Assembly: GCA_963798485.1 (NCBI GenBank)
Contig: CAWCTR010000004.1
Span: 32,001 to 96,000 of the forward strand
DNA length: 64,000 bases
Origin: an uncultured delta proteobacterium
GTDB taxonomy: Bacteria; Desulfobacterota; Desulfomonilia; UBA1062
Direction of reading: 5' to 3'
Part shown: positions 9,898-19,195 of the stretch, one piece after another
Layout of the letters: every line of letters begins with the position of its first letter
How positions within the stretch are numbered: the first letter of the stretch is position 1
Translations under genes and position numbers: made by a program
Notes under the pieces: generated by a model
The model's database searches: none
The model's input: the letters and a program-made list of their open reading frames with translations, nothing else
What the model was told of the DNA's origin: nothing

Positions 9898-11094
9898 ATG
9901 GAACCTTTATTGTCAGGTATTAAAATCCTCGATTTCACCTATCTCCTCCCGGGACCTTTTGCCACCATGATCCTATCGGACCTCGGTGCCGAGGTGCTGC
10001 GCGTGGAGTCGCACACACGCCTCGACATGGCACGAGTCGCCCCGCCCTATGTGGATAAGGATGGTACGGTTTCGTGTATGCATGCCTATCTCAACCGGAA
10101 CAAGAGGTCCATCGCGCTTGATCTCAAGTTTGAGGAGAGCATCGCCATTATCAAACGGTTGATTTCGGAAAAAGGATATGACGTAGTGATAGAGCAGTTC
10201 CGACCTGGGGCCATGGGTCGTCTCGGGCTCTCTTATGAGACACTGTCCGGGATCAATCCCGGTTTGATCTACTGCTCTATTACCGGGTACGGCCAGACCG
10301 GACCGCTGCGAGACAGGGCCGGACACGACATCAACTACCTCGCCCTATCGGGTGTAATGAGCTATTCCGGCACAAAGGATGGCGGGCCCAGCCTCATGGG
10401 GATTCAGGTGGCGGACGTTGGCTCTGGGTCAAATAATGCGGCAATCGGTATATTGGCTGCTATTGTCCATCGGATGAAGACGGGAAAGGGCCAGTATATA
10501 GATGTTTCCATGACCGACGGTATATTCCCGTATCATGTAGTGAGCGGCCTGGGAAGCCTCGTAGGCGCACCCGAACCGGGATATGAGACCGAGATTTTGA
10601 ATGGCGGGTCCCTCTATGGTTTCTACAAAACAAAAGATGGGAAATACCTTTCCTTCGGGGGCCTTGAACCGCAGTTCCTGAGTGCATTCCTTACTGCCCT
10701 GGGGCTATCCGAGTATATACCCAGGCTCATGGAGCCTGACTTGACTGAAGAGCTGAGGCGGCGGGTATCTGATGTCATCCTCTCACGAGATCTATCCCAC
10801 TGGGTAAGCGTGTTCAAGGACGTTGATGCCTGTGTGGAACCGGTGCTCACGGTCCTGGAGGCCACATCGACTGAGCACGCCAAAGCACGCGGGCTCGTTG
10901 TCGAGGTGCCGGGGCCTGATGGATCCCCCATCAGGCAGATCGCCTACCCCATACGGTTTTCAAACTACAAACCTGAATACCTGCATGCAGGACCTGCACT
11001 GGGGCAGGATACACGAAATGTCTTGAATGCACTCGGTCTGTCCGAGGCTGAGATAGCGGATTTGAAATCTAAGAGAATCATTAACGGGGTATAG
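9898..11094 (+). CDS. CaiB/BaiF family III CoA-transferase fold protein, alpha-methylacyl-CoA racemase-like
   Basis: LPGPFATMILSDLGAEV, LNRNKRSIALDLK, FRPG, ITGYGQTGP, AGHDINY and QVADVG motifs. Confidence 0.9.
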   Translation: MEPLLSGIKILDFTYLLPGPFATMILSDLGAEVLRVESHTRLDMARVAPPYVDKDGTVSCMHAYLNRNKRSIALDLKFEESIAIIKRLISEKGYDVVIEQFRPGAMGRLGLSYETLSGINPGLIYCSITGYGQTGPLRDRAGHDINYLALSGVMSYSGTKDGGPSLMGIQVADVGSGSNNAAIGILAAIVHRMKTGKGQYIDVSMTDGIFPYHVVSGLGSLVGAPEPGYETEILNGGSLYGFYKTKDGKYLSFGGLEPQFLSAFLTALGLSEYIPRLMEPDLTEELRRRVSDVILSRDLSHWVSVFKDVDACVEPVLTVLEATSTEHAKARGLVVEVPGPDGSPIRQIAYPIRFSNYKPEYLHAGPALGQDTRNVLNALGLSEAEIADLKSKRIINGV

Positions 11095-11120
11095 AATACC
11101 GTGAAAGGGGGAAGTAAGGT

Positions 11121-12578
11121 ATGGTTGGTATCACAGCATATGGGGGGTACATACCACGCTATAGGCTGAGCAGGATGCTTATCATCCAGAACATGGCGTG
11201 GTACTTTCCGGTGATCATGGCTGTAGCGGGCGGGGAAAAGGCATTAGCCAACTGGGATGAAGATGCCATCAGCATGGCCGTGGCCGCAGCCTATGACTGC
11301 ATGGCGGGTAAGGACCGGAAGAAGCTGGACGGCATCTATCTCGCATCTACGACCCTGCCCTTTGCCGACAGGCTCAACGCAGGCATTGTCGCCGCCGCAC
11401 TGAATGCGCCCGAATACGGGGTGGCGAATGCGGACTTCAGCTCCTGCCTCAAGGCAGGGACTACTGCAGCCATGGCAGCCGTCAATGCGGTTCAGGCAGG
11501 TGACAAGAACACCATACTCGTGGTAGCCACCGACCAGCGCAGGACCAAGATGGCCACCATGCTGGAGATGTTCTATGGCGACGGTGCGGCAGCCCTGCTC
11601 TTCGGCAATAAGGACGTGATCGCGGAGTTCAAGGGCAGCTACTCCATAAGCTGCGACTTTACCGACCACTATAAGGGCTATGGCAAGGAATTCGATTATG
11701 GTTGGGAAGAACGCTGGGTCAGGGATGAGGGTTACGGCAAGATCATCCCGGCGGCAATCAAGGGCTTCTTCAAGAAAACAGGTATGTCCATGGCTGATAT
11801 CGCCAAGGTCATATACCCATGCTACTTTACGGGAACGCATAAATCCATAGCCAAAGACCTCGGCATAGACCCCTCGAAGCTCCAGGATAATCTCCACGGG
11901 ATATGCGGAGATACGGGCACGGCACATCCGGTTGTTATGTTCGCTGCTGCCCTGGAAGATGCCAAGCCCGGCGACAAACTGCTGCTTGCCGGTTTCGGAC
12001 AGGGCTGTGACGTGCTTTGTTTCGAGGCAACGGAGAACATCAAGAAATTCAAACCGGCAAAAGGTATCAAGGGCCACCTTGCCAGCAAGGTTGATTTTAC
12101 CAACTACCTGAAGTTCACCAAATTCAGAGACCTCATAACAGCAGACCTCGGCATCAGGGGTGAGGCAAACCCCAACACCTCACTGACAGCCCTGTGGCGC
12201 AAGAAAAAGATGATAATGGGTTTTGTAGGCCTCAAGTGTACCACGTGCGGTACACCCCAGTTCCCGCCCATGCCTATGTGCGTGAACCCGGCCTGCCATG
12301 CCGCGGGTCAGTTCGTTGACTATGAGTTTGCAGTCAAACCGGGTAAGGTGGAGATGTTCACGGGTGACCTGCTCTCTCCTTCAGTTGATCCGCCTGCCAT
12401 CTACGGCATCGTCTCTTTCGAGGGTGGCGGAAGGGCCTTTGTGGATTTCACTGATTGCGACATGAACCAGGTCAAGGTGGGCATGCCTATCAAGATGTCT
12501 TTCAGGCGTAGATCAAAGGACCAGATGAGGGGCTTTACCGGATATTTCTGGAAGGCCGTACCCCAGGTGGCGGGTTAA
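11121..12578 (+). CDS. HMG-CoA synthase/KAS III-like domain fused to a DUF35 (Zn-ribbon + OB-fold) domain
   Basis: N-terminal MVGITAYGGYIPRYRL, DEDAISMAVAAA, GDGAAA and GDTGTAH; C-terminal CTTC...CVNPAC Zn ribbon and an OB-fold ending YFWKAVP. Confidence 0.85.
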   Translation: MVGITAYGGYIPRYRLSRMLIIQNMAWYFPVIMAVAGGEKALANWDEDAISMAVAAAYDCMAGKDRKKLDGIYLASTTLPFADRLNAGIVAAALNAPEYGVANADFSSCLKAGTTAAMAAVNAVQAGDKNTILVVATDQRRTKMATMLEMFYGDGAAALLFGNKDVIAEFKGSYSISCDFTDHYKGYGKEFDYGWEERWVRDEGYGKIIPAAIKGFFKKTGMSMADIAKVIYPCYFTGTHKSIAKDLGIDPSKLQDNLHGICGDTGTAHPVVMFAAALEDAKPGDKLLLAGFGQGCDVLCFEATENIKKFKPAKGIKGHLASKVDFTNYLKFTKFRDLITADLGIRGEANPNTSLTALWRKKKMIMGFVGLKCTTCGTPQFPPMPMCVNPACHAAGQFVDYEFAVKPGKVEMFTGDLLSPSVDPPAIYGIVSFEGGGRAFVDFTDCDMNQVKVGMPIKMSFRRRSKDQMRGFTGYFWKAVPQVAG

Positions 12579-12589
12579 GGAGGTGAGCC

Positions 12590-13798
12590 ATGGCAAGTGG
12601 AATTAGAGATAAAGTAGCCATCCTGGGTATGGGATGCACAAAGTTCGGCGAGCGGTGGAACGACAGCCCTGAAGACCTTATGGTAGAGGCATTCCAGGAA
12701 TGCATCGCCGATGCCGGGATTGAGAAGAAGGAGATCCAGGCTGCGTGGGTGGGGGTATGTTTCGATGAGATAAATGTGGGAAAGAGCGCACTATCCGCAT
12801 CGCTGGCGTTGCGTCTGCCCAACATAGCGGTAACCCGTGTAGAGAACTTCTGTGCAAGCGGCACTGAATCATTCAGGGGGGCGGTCTATGCCGTTGCCTC
12901 CGGTGCCTGTGACATCGCGCTCGCCCTTGGCGTGGAGAAGCTCAAGGATATCGGTTATGGCGGTCTGCCGGAATTCAGCTCGGCACTCGGCATCGCCAAC
13001 TCACTCTGGTTCCCGAACCTTACGGCGCCAGGCGGGTTTGCCCTGTTGGCCACGGGGTATGCAGCAAAATATGGCCTTGATATTCAGGAGGTAAAGAAGG
13101 CCATGGCCCATGTTTCGGTCAAGAGCCATGCTAATGGCGCATTGAATCCCAAGGCCCATTTACGAAGACCGGTTACTGAGGAACAGGTGTTGATGTCGCC
13201 CATGATCGCCTTCCCGCTTGGGCTTTTTGACTGCTGCGGTGTAAGCGACGGTGCTGCATGCGCCATCGTAACAACTCCCGAGATCGCCAAATCCCTCGGC
13301 AAAAAGGACATCATCTCGGTCAAGGCGCTCCAGCTGGCGCTCAGCAACGGCACAGAATTGTGTTTCAACGACTGGGACGGCGCCCACTTCATTACCACAA
13401 CCAAGGCAAGCACGGCTGCTTACAATGAGGCAGGGATTAAGAACCCCAGGGAGGAGATAAACATGATGGAGGTGCACGACTGCTTCTCCATCACCGAACT
13501 CGTTACCATGGAAGACCTCCACATCTCCGAGCGGGGCAAGGCGCCCAAGGATATCATGGACGGCTTCTTCGACCGTGATGGCAAGATCCCATGCCAGATC
13601 GACGGCGGTCTCAAGTGCTTCGGCCACCCTATCGGTGCATCGGGCTTAAGGATGCTCTATGAGATGTATCTCCAGCTTTTAGGCCGTGCGGACAAGAGGC
13701 AGCTCAAGAACCCGAGATATGGCCTTACCCACAATCTCGGGGGGTTCCCCATGATGAATATCTGCAGCATTGCCATTGTCGGCAGATATGGAAATTAG
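12590..13798 (+). CDS. SCP2-type (SCPx-like) thiolase
   Basis: TRVENFCASG (catalytic Cys), SDGAAC, EVHDCF, GHPIGASG and HNLGG. Confidence 0.9.
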   Translation: MASGIRDKVAILGMGCTKFGERWNDSPEDLMVEAFQECIADAGIEKKEIQAAWVGVCFDEINVGKSALSASLALRLPNIAVTRVENFCASGTESFRGAVYAVASGACDIALALGVEKLKDIGYGGLPEFSSALGIANSLWFPNLTAPGGFALLATGYAAKYGLDIQEVKKAMAHVSVKSHANGALNPKAHLRRPVTEEQVLMSPMIAFPLGLFDCCGVSDGAACAIVTTPEIAKSLGKKDIISVKALQLALSNGTELCFNDWDGAHFITTTKASTAAYNEAGIKNPREEINMMEVHDCFSITELVTMEDLHISERGKAPKDIMDGFFDRDGKIPCQIDGGLKCFGHPIGASGLRMLYEMYLQLLGRADKRQLKNPRYGLTHNLGGFPMMNICSIAIVGRYGN

Positions 13799-13809
13799 GA
13801 GGTTAAGCC

Positions 13810-14259
13810 ATGGCAGATCATACGAAGATCGGAAAAGAATATGCTGCTGTCCAATGGGAAGTGGAGCGCGGGAAGATCCGGGAGCTCGTGAGGGCCATAG
13901 GTGACCCTGATCCCATTTATGTCAGCAAGGATGCCGCCATAAAGGAGGGATACAAAGATTCTCCGGCGCCTGCCACGTTCCTCACCGTGCCCATGATGTG
14001 GTCCTCATCCATGCCGGTGGTGATCACGGACCTGGCCATCAACTTTGTTATGTTGTTGCATGGAGAGGAAGAATACGAATATTACCAGGAGATCTATCCC
14101 GGCGATGTCATCACTGCAACGCCCAAGGTGGCGGCCATCGATGAGAAGACCAGCAAATCAGGTAAGAAGATGGACATGGTGACTATAGAGCTTCTCTATA
14201 AAAATCAACGGGGCGAGAAGGTTGCTAAGGCAAAGACGCTCCTTGTAGAGAGAAAGTAG
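13810..14259 (+). CDS. MaoC-like hot-dog protein (probably the non-catalytic subunit)
   Basis: VERGKIRELVRAIGDPDPIY, APATF and LLHGEEEYEY (HadA/FAS1_DH_N-like). Confidence 0.85.
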   Translation: MADHTKIGKEYAAVQWEVERGKIRELVRAIGDPDPIYVSKDAAIKEGYKDSPAPATFLTVPMMWSSSMPVVITDLAINFVMLLHGEEEYEYYQEIYPGDVITATPKVAAIDEKTSKSGKKMDMVTIELLYKNQRGEKVAKAKTLLVERK

Positions 14260-14268
14260 GAGGACACT

Positions 14269-14703
14269 ATGGCGGACCAGATATATTTTGAAGATGTCGT
14301 GATCGGTACAGAAATGCCCAAGCTCGTCAAAAGCCCCCTGCAGAAGCTCAATCATGTCATCTATGCAGGGGCCTCGGGTGATTTCAACCCGCTGCACACG
14401 GATGATGACTTTGCAAAGGCAGTGGGGATGAAAGATGGGATGATCACCCATGGTATGCTTGTCATGGGATTTGTCGGGCAGGCTGTCACGAACTGGATAC
14501 CCAAGAAAAATCTCAAACGGTTCGGGGTGAGATTTGCCGGAATGACCAAGCCGGGCAACACCATCACCGTAACCGGAAAGGTCATAGATAAAAAAAGCCA
14601 AAGCGGGGTGAAGCTCATCACCTGCGAAGTAACTGCTGTTGATGAGACGGGTGATGTGAAGGTTACAGGGAGTTTTGACGCGGCCCTTCCGACAAAGGGC
14701 TGA
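14269..14703 (+). CDS. MaoC family (R)-specific enoyl-CoA hydratase
   Basis: Hydratase-2 motif YAGASGDFNPLHTDDDFA...ITHGM with catalytic Asp/His. Confidence 0.9.
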   Translation: MADQIYFEDVVIGTEMPKLVKSPLQKLNHVIYAGASGDFNPLHTDDDFAKAVGMKDGMITHGMLVMGFVGQAVTNWIPKKNLKRFGVRFAGMTKPGNTITVTGKVIDKKSQSGVKLITCEVTAVDETGDVKVTGSFDAALPTKG

Positions 14704-14732
14704 TTTAAAGCATACTTCAGGAGGGAAAAGAT

Positions 14733-15641
14733 ATGGCGAAAATCGATTTTACCGGAAGGGTGGCGATCGTGACCGGCGCCGGTGCCGGTCTGGGCAGGCA
14801 GTATGCCCTTGAACTGGCAAAACGTGGTGCCAAGATCGTGGTGAATGACCTCGGGGGTACACGCGACGGTGTGGGGCACAGCGATGCTGCTGCAAACAAG
14901 GTAGTGGATGAGATCAAAGCCCTGGGCGGACAGGCTGTCCCGAACTATGACAACGTGGCAACGGCTTCTGGCGGGGAAAACATCGTGAAGACCGCCATCG
15001 ATGCCTTCGGCAAGGTGGACATTCTCATCAACAACGCCGGGATACTTAGGGACAAGACCTTCAACAAGATGGAAGAGGAGAACTGGGACACGGTCATGGC
15101 AGTGCATCTGCGGGGTGCCTACTGCGTGAGCAAGCCTGCCTTCATCAATATGAGGGAGAACGGCTATGGCCGGATCATCATGACCACATCCGGGGCAGGC
15201 CTGTTCGGCAACTTCGGGCAGAGCAACTACGCATCGGCAAAGATGGGGCTCGTCGGGCTCACCAATGTGCTCAAGATCGAGGGTGCCAAGTACAACATCA
15301 AGACCAATGTGATCGTCCCTGTGGCCGCATCGCGTCTTACCGAAGATGTCCTTCCGCCCCAGCTCTTTGAAAAGATGAAACCGGATTTTATCACCCCAGC
15401 AGTGCTCTATATGTGTTCTGAGCTCTGTGGCGATTCGGGCATGATCATCAATGCCACACTCGGCTACTACAGCCGCTCAGCAATGGTGACCGGCCCCGGC
15501 GTGTTTCTCTCGGACGGGCACAGGGTCCCTGAACCCGAAGAGATCATGGAGGCCTGGGGCAAGATCAAGAGTCTTGATGACCCGAAATACTTCGATCAGC
15601 TCCCCGAGATGTTCGGGGTGCTGGGGCCGTTGCTTCAGTAG
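14733..15641 (+). CDS. SDR oxidoreductase, MFE-2/17beta-HSD4 dehydrogenase-like
   Basis: TGAGAGLG, VVNDLGG, NNAGILRD and GNFGQSNYASAK are characteristic of the MFE-2-like SDR subfamily. Confidence 0.88.
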   Translation: MAKIDFTGRVAIVTGAGAGLGRQYALELAKRGAKIVVNDLGGTRDGVGHSDAAANKVVDEIKALGGQAVPNYDNVATASGGENIVKTAIDAFGKVDILINNAGILRDKTFNKMEEENWDTVMAVHLRGAYCVSKPAFINMRENGYGRIIMTTSGAGLFGNFGQSNYASAKMGLVGLTNVLKIEGAKYNIKTNVIVPVAASRLTEDVLPPQLFEKMKPDFITPAVLYMCSELCGDSGMIINATLGYYSRSAMVTGPGVFLSDGHRVPEPEEIMEAWGKIKSLDDPKYFDQLPEMFGVLGPLLQ

Positions 15642-15668
15642 ACAAGGTTAAGGCTTAGACCGGTGGAT

Positions 15669-16301
15669 TCACTTTCTGCCCAGCTGTAAAAACTGTATTT
15701 CATACTCCTCAGGCAGGAACAGGGCGAGTGATGCCTCCTCAACGGCTCCGACCGTAATTACATAGCGCCTGTTCCTTGAGAGCCTTTTCTTCATCCCTGC
15801 CTTGGCAGGGATTTTTTTTATGATGGTTCCGTCCATCTCAATGATGGATGGCCTATGGGAGTGGCCCCTGAAAAGGATCTTGTACGGGACAATTGAGCCC
15901 AGGTCTATGAGGGGATGGTTGTCAATAATGGGCCAGCTCGTTGCAGCGGGCCAGTCAAAGGGGGCCGAGTGGGCAAGGCAGAAATCATCGATGGTAAGGG
16001 TATAGGGCAGCCCGGAAAGGAAAGAAAGTACCTCGGGGGAAAGGCTGTTTGCATGGCTGCCCTTGCGGTTGACCATGATGGCATACTCATTGTTGCCCAT
16101 AACCGATCTCACGCCATGCTCCTTCAACATCGTCACGGCATCTTCCAGGGCAAGGGGGGCCAGTGAGTCGCAGATATCGCCGAGGTGGAAGATCGTCTGA
16201 ACATCCATGCCTTTAAGCATGAGGATCGCTTCGAGGAGGAGCTCGTTCCTCCCGTGGCTATCTGCGATGATGCCCACTGGGCCTTGCATGCCAAGTTCCA
16301 T
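15669..16301 (-). CDS. Metallophosphoesterase (YfcE/MJ0936-like)
   Basis: IADSHG, HLGDI, MGNNE, AHSAP and GHSHRP. Start likely 16301 or 16289 rather than 16439. Confidence 0.8.
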   Translation of the reverse strand: MELGMQGPVGIIADSHGRNELLLEAILMLKGMDVQTIFHLGDICDSLAPLALEDAVTMLKEHGVRSVMGNNEYAIMVNRKGSHANSLSPEVLSFLSGLPYTLTIDDFCLAHSAPFDWPAATSWPIIDNHPLIDLGSIVPYKILFRGHSHRPSIIEMDGTIIKKIPAKAGMKKRLSRNRRYVITVGAVEEASLALFLPEEYEIQFLQLGRK

Positions 16302-16407
16302 TGCCCAGGCATAGAGGATGGGTTTTTTATTTGCAAGGGAAATGAGACCCCTGTGCAGGATATGACAATCCTCGCTTGACATCATTAACCCGCAAGGGCT
16401 ATAAAGC

Positions 16408-16424
16408 TTAAAGTGAAACTTTAA
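16408..16424. promoter_or_regulatory. Perfect 7-3-7 inverted repeat, putative operator
   Basis: TTAAAGT-GAA-ACTTTAA, just downstream of TTGACA(16376)...TATAAA(16400) and upstream of the ATG at 16451. Confidence 0.4.
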
Positions 16425-16450
16425 TATATCCCTTCCCAAGGGGGTTCTCT

Positions 16451-17944
16451 ATGCCCGACTATGATGTGGTGGTTATCGGCGCAGGCAACGGCGGTATGAC
16501 GGCGGCGCTCACCCTTGCCAAGGCAGGCCGCAAGGTCCTTCTCCTCGAAAGGCACAATATCCCCGGAGGGTGCGCCACGAGCTTTATCCGGGGCAGATTC
16601 GAGTTCGAGGTCGCACTCCACCAGCTCAGCGGCATGGGATCAGTGGATAAGCCCGGTCCCTTACGGTCTGTTCTCGGCGAGATGGGGGTCCTCGACAGGC
16701 TCGAGTTCGTGGAGATAGAGAACCTTTACCGGGTCGTGTTCCCCGGCACCTTCGATGTGACGCTCAAGGCAGATCGGGAAGAGGCCATCAAGGAGCTTAT
16801 AAGAAGATTTCCGAAAGAGAACGATTCCATCCGCAGGTTCTTCGATTTGATCTATGATTTCTGCATGCAGCTCGTACAGGGGCTTTTCTTCCACGACCCC
16901 GATATCTCCAAGGAGAAGTACCCGCTCTATTTCAAGTATGCCCTGAAGAACTCCCAGGAGGTACTGGATGAATACTTCGATAACCCCTTTCTGAAGGCCA
17001 TCCTGAGTGTTTACTGGGGGTATGTGGGCGTCCCGCCCAGCCGGTTGCCCTTCGGCGATCTGGCCATCATGTTGTGGGCCTACATCGAGTTCAAGCCCTA
17101 CCACCTCAAGGGAGGGTCCCAGGCGCTGTCCAATGCACTCCTGGATGTTTTCCTCCAGGCCGGCGGCGAGGTGCGCTTCAATTGTGCCGCGCAAAAGATC
17201 ATCGTTGAAAACGGTGCGGTAAAGGGTGTCATCACCGAGCAGGGCGATCGTGTGGATGCGGGGTACGTGGTCTCCAATGCGAGCTCGATCCAGACCTATA
17301 TCGACCTTATCGATCGCAGTGAAGTCCCGAAAAGCCAGCTCGATACCTTCAGGAGCTCTACTATCGGTCCGTCCGCCTTCACGGTGTATATGGGGCTCGA
17401 TTGTGAACCCGGCGATATCGGCATCCACGAGACCACAAACTTCCTTACCACGACCACGGACATGGACAGGGCCTTTGATCTCTGGAAGACCATGGAGCCC
17501 CAGGGGTGGGCGCTTCTCACCTGCTACGACGTGTCCGACCCTGATTTCTCTCCCCCGGGTACGTGCCAGGCGGCCCTCGTTGCATTGCAGTATGCAGACC
17601 CATGGTATACGGTCTCTCCCCGGCAGTATGCGGACGCAAAATATCGCTATGCAGAGGCTATGCTGAGTCTTGCCGAGCGGGTTTTCCCAGGGCTGCGCGA
17701 CCGGATCGAAGAGCTGGAGGCAGCCACCCCCCTTACCCATATGCGCTACCTGAATCATCCGGGCGGGGCCATCTACGGGTTCGATCAGTATGCCAAGGAC
17801 TCTGCGTATTTCCTCTCGGGCAAATCCGTGATCAAGGGGCTCTACCACGCGGGTGCATGGGCGGGCAGCGGCGGGTTCCAGCCCACGCTGACCTCGGGCA
17901 GGTCCGCGGCACGCTCAATCCTGAAGGCAATGAGGAACAAGTGA
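16451..17944 (+). CDS. Phytoene dehydrogenase-like FAD-dependent oxidoreductase (COG1233)
   Basis: VIGAGNGG, LLERHNIPGGCATSF, GGSQALS, ATPLTH..Y...PGGAIYG and GLYHAG. Confidence 0.88.
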   Translation: MPDYDVVVIGAGNGGMTAALTLAKAGRKVLLLERHNIPGGCATSFIRGRFEFEVALHQLSGMGSVDKPGPLRSVLGEMGVLDRLEFVEIENLYRVVFPGTFDVTLKADREEAIKELIRRFPKENDSIRRFFDLIYDFCMQLVQGLFFHDPDISKEKYPLYFKYALKNSQEVLDEYFDNPFLKAILSVYWGYVGVPPSRLPFGDLAIMLWAYIEFKPYHLKGGSQALSNALLDVFLQAGGEVRFNCAAQKIIVENGAVKGVITEQGDRVDAGYVVSNASSIQTYIDLIDRSEVPKSQLDTFRSSTIGPSAFTVYMGLDCEPGDIGIHETTNFLTTTTDMDRAFDLWKTMEPQGWALLTCYDVSDPDFSPPGTCQAALVALQYADPWYTVSPRQYADAKYRYAEAMLSLAERVFPGLRDRIEELEAATPLTHMRYLNHPGGAIYGFDQYAKDSAYFLSGKSVIKGLYHAGAWAGSGGFQPTLTSGRSAARSILKAMRNK

Positions 17945-17958
17945 GGAGGTCATAAGCC

Positions 17959-19120
17959 ATGGCGCTCAAGGATGTATTGAAGGACATGGAAGGTTACCAG
18001 GAGATCGCACGCGAGATACAGGTGCTGAGGAAATACGGCTCTGACTACAGCTCAACCAAGGGTATTGTGGAGCACATCATATCGCTACTCCACCCCAAAA
18101 GGATCACCCTGAAGCTCTCTGAGGTGATCAATGAGACAAGTTCCAGCAAGACCTTCAGGTTTGCGGCAAAAGGGGGCTATCTGCCGCCCTTCCAGGCAGG
18201 CCAGTATGTCAACATCTTCGTGGATGTGGGAGGAATAAGGACAAGCAGGCCCTACAGCATATCTTCCTCACCCACCCAACTGGGATACTATGACATCACC
18301 ATCCGGAACGTCGAAGACGGTTTTGTCTCGGGCTTTTTCCTTGAGGAGGTTGCGAAGGGCACCGAGTTCGAGGCCACATCACCCTCGGGGAATTTCATCT
18401 ACAACCCGCTCTTCCACGGTGAAGACCTTGTGTTTCTTGCAGGGGGCAGCGGGGTGACCCCCTTCATGAGCATGATCCGGGAAGTGGCGGACCGGGGTCT
18501 CTCACGCCGGATCCACCTGATATACGGCAGCCGGAACCCCGATGATGTCATCTTCTCGGGCGAGCTGAAGGCTATAACTCAAAAACATCCGAATATCTCC
18601 TTCAGCCTGGTCATATCGAACCCGCCCAAGGGTTACAAAGGTTTGACCGGCTTTATCACCGCAGAGCTCATGAAAAAGGTCCTGGGCGATGTCACAGGAA
18701 AGACCTTTTACCTGTGCGGGCCCGATGCCATGTATGCCTTCTGTTTGAAGGAGTTGGAAAAGCTCGGTATCCCCAGGAGGAAGATCCGCACCGAGGTCTA
18801 TGGACCGCCCAAGGATGTTACCTCCCAGCCCGGGTGGCCCAAAGATGTGAAACCGGGTGATGGTCTTCACGGTAAGGATCAAGAGGGGCAAGGCTATACC
18901 GGCAAAGGCATCCGAGCCGTTGATGATCTCGCTGGAAAGAAGCGGGGTCGTGATCCCGGCGCTCTGCAGATCGGGAGAATGCAGCCTGTGCAGGACCAAG
19001 CTTCTCTCCGGCAGGGTGTTCCAGCCAGAAGGGGTCAGGTTGAGAAAATCCGACAGGCAGTTCGGTTACATCCACCCATGTATGGCGTATCCGCTGACCG
19101 ACCTGGAGATCCTGCTGTAA
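17959..19120 (+). pseudogene. FAD/NAD-binding (FNR-type) oxidoreductase with C-terminal 2Fe-2S ferredoxin, split by a 1-nt frameshift near 18862
   Basis: The first frame has RPYSISS, GFVS, LAGGSGVTP and YLCGP. The ferredoxin motif CRSGECSLC...HPC is in the 18857..19120 frame. Removing one G from GATGGTC joins them into a protein of about 386 aa. Confidence 0.8.
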
Positions 19121-19144
19121 GCATCCCCCATCTTTACATATCAA

Positions 19145-19183
19145 CCCCCCTCTCCCCTCGCGGGAGAGGGCCGGGGAGAGGGG
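19145..19183. repeat. REP/BoxC-like palindromic element
   Basis: CCCTCTCCCCTCGCGGGAGAGGGCCGGGGAGAGGGG between convergent genes; resembles the widespread CCCTCTCCC..GGGAGAGGG..GGGGTGAGGG repeat. Confidence 0.6.
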
Positions 19184-19195
19184 AAACGTTTATCC

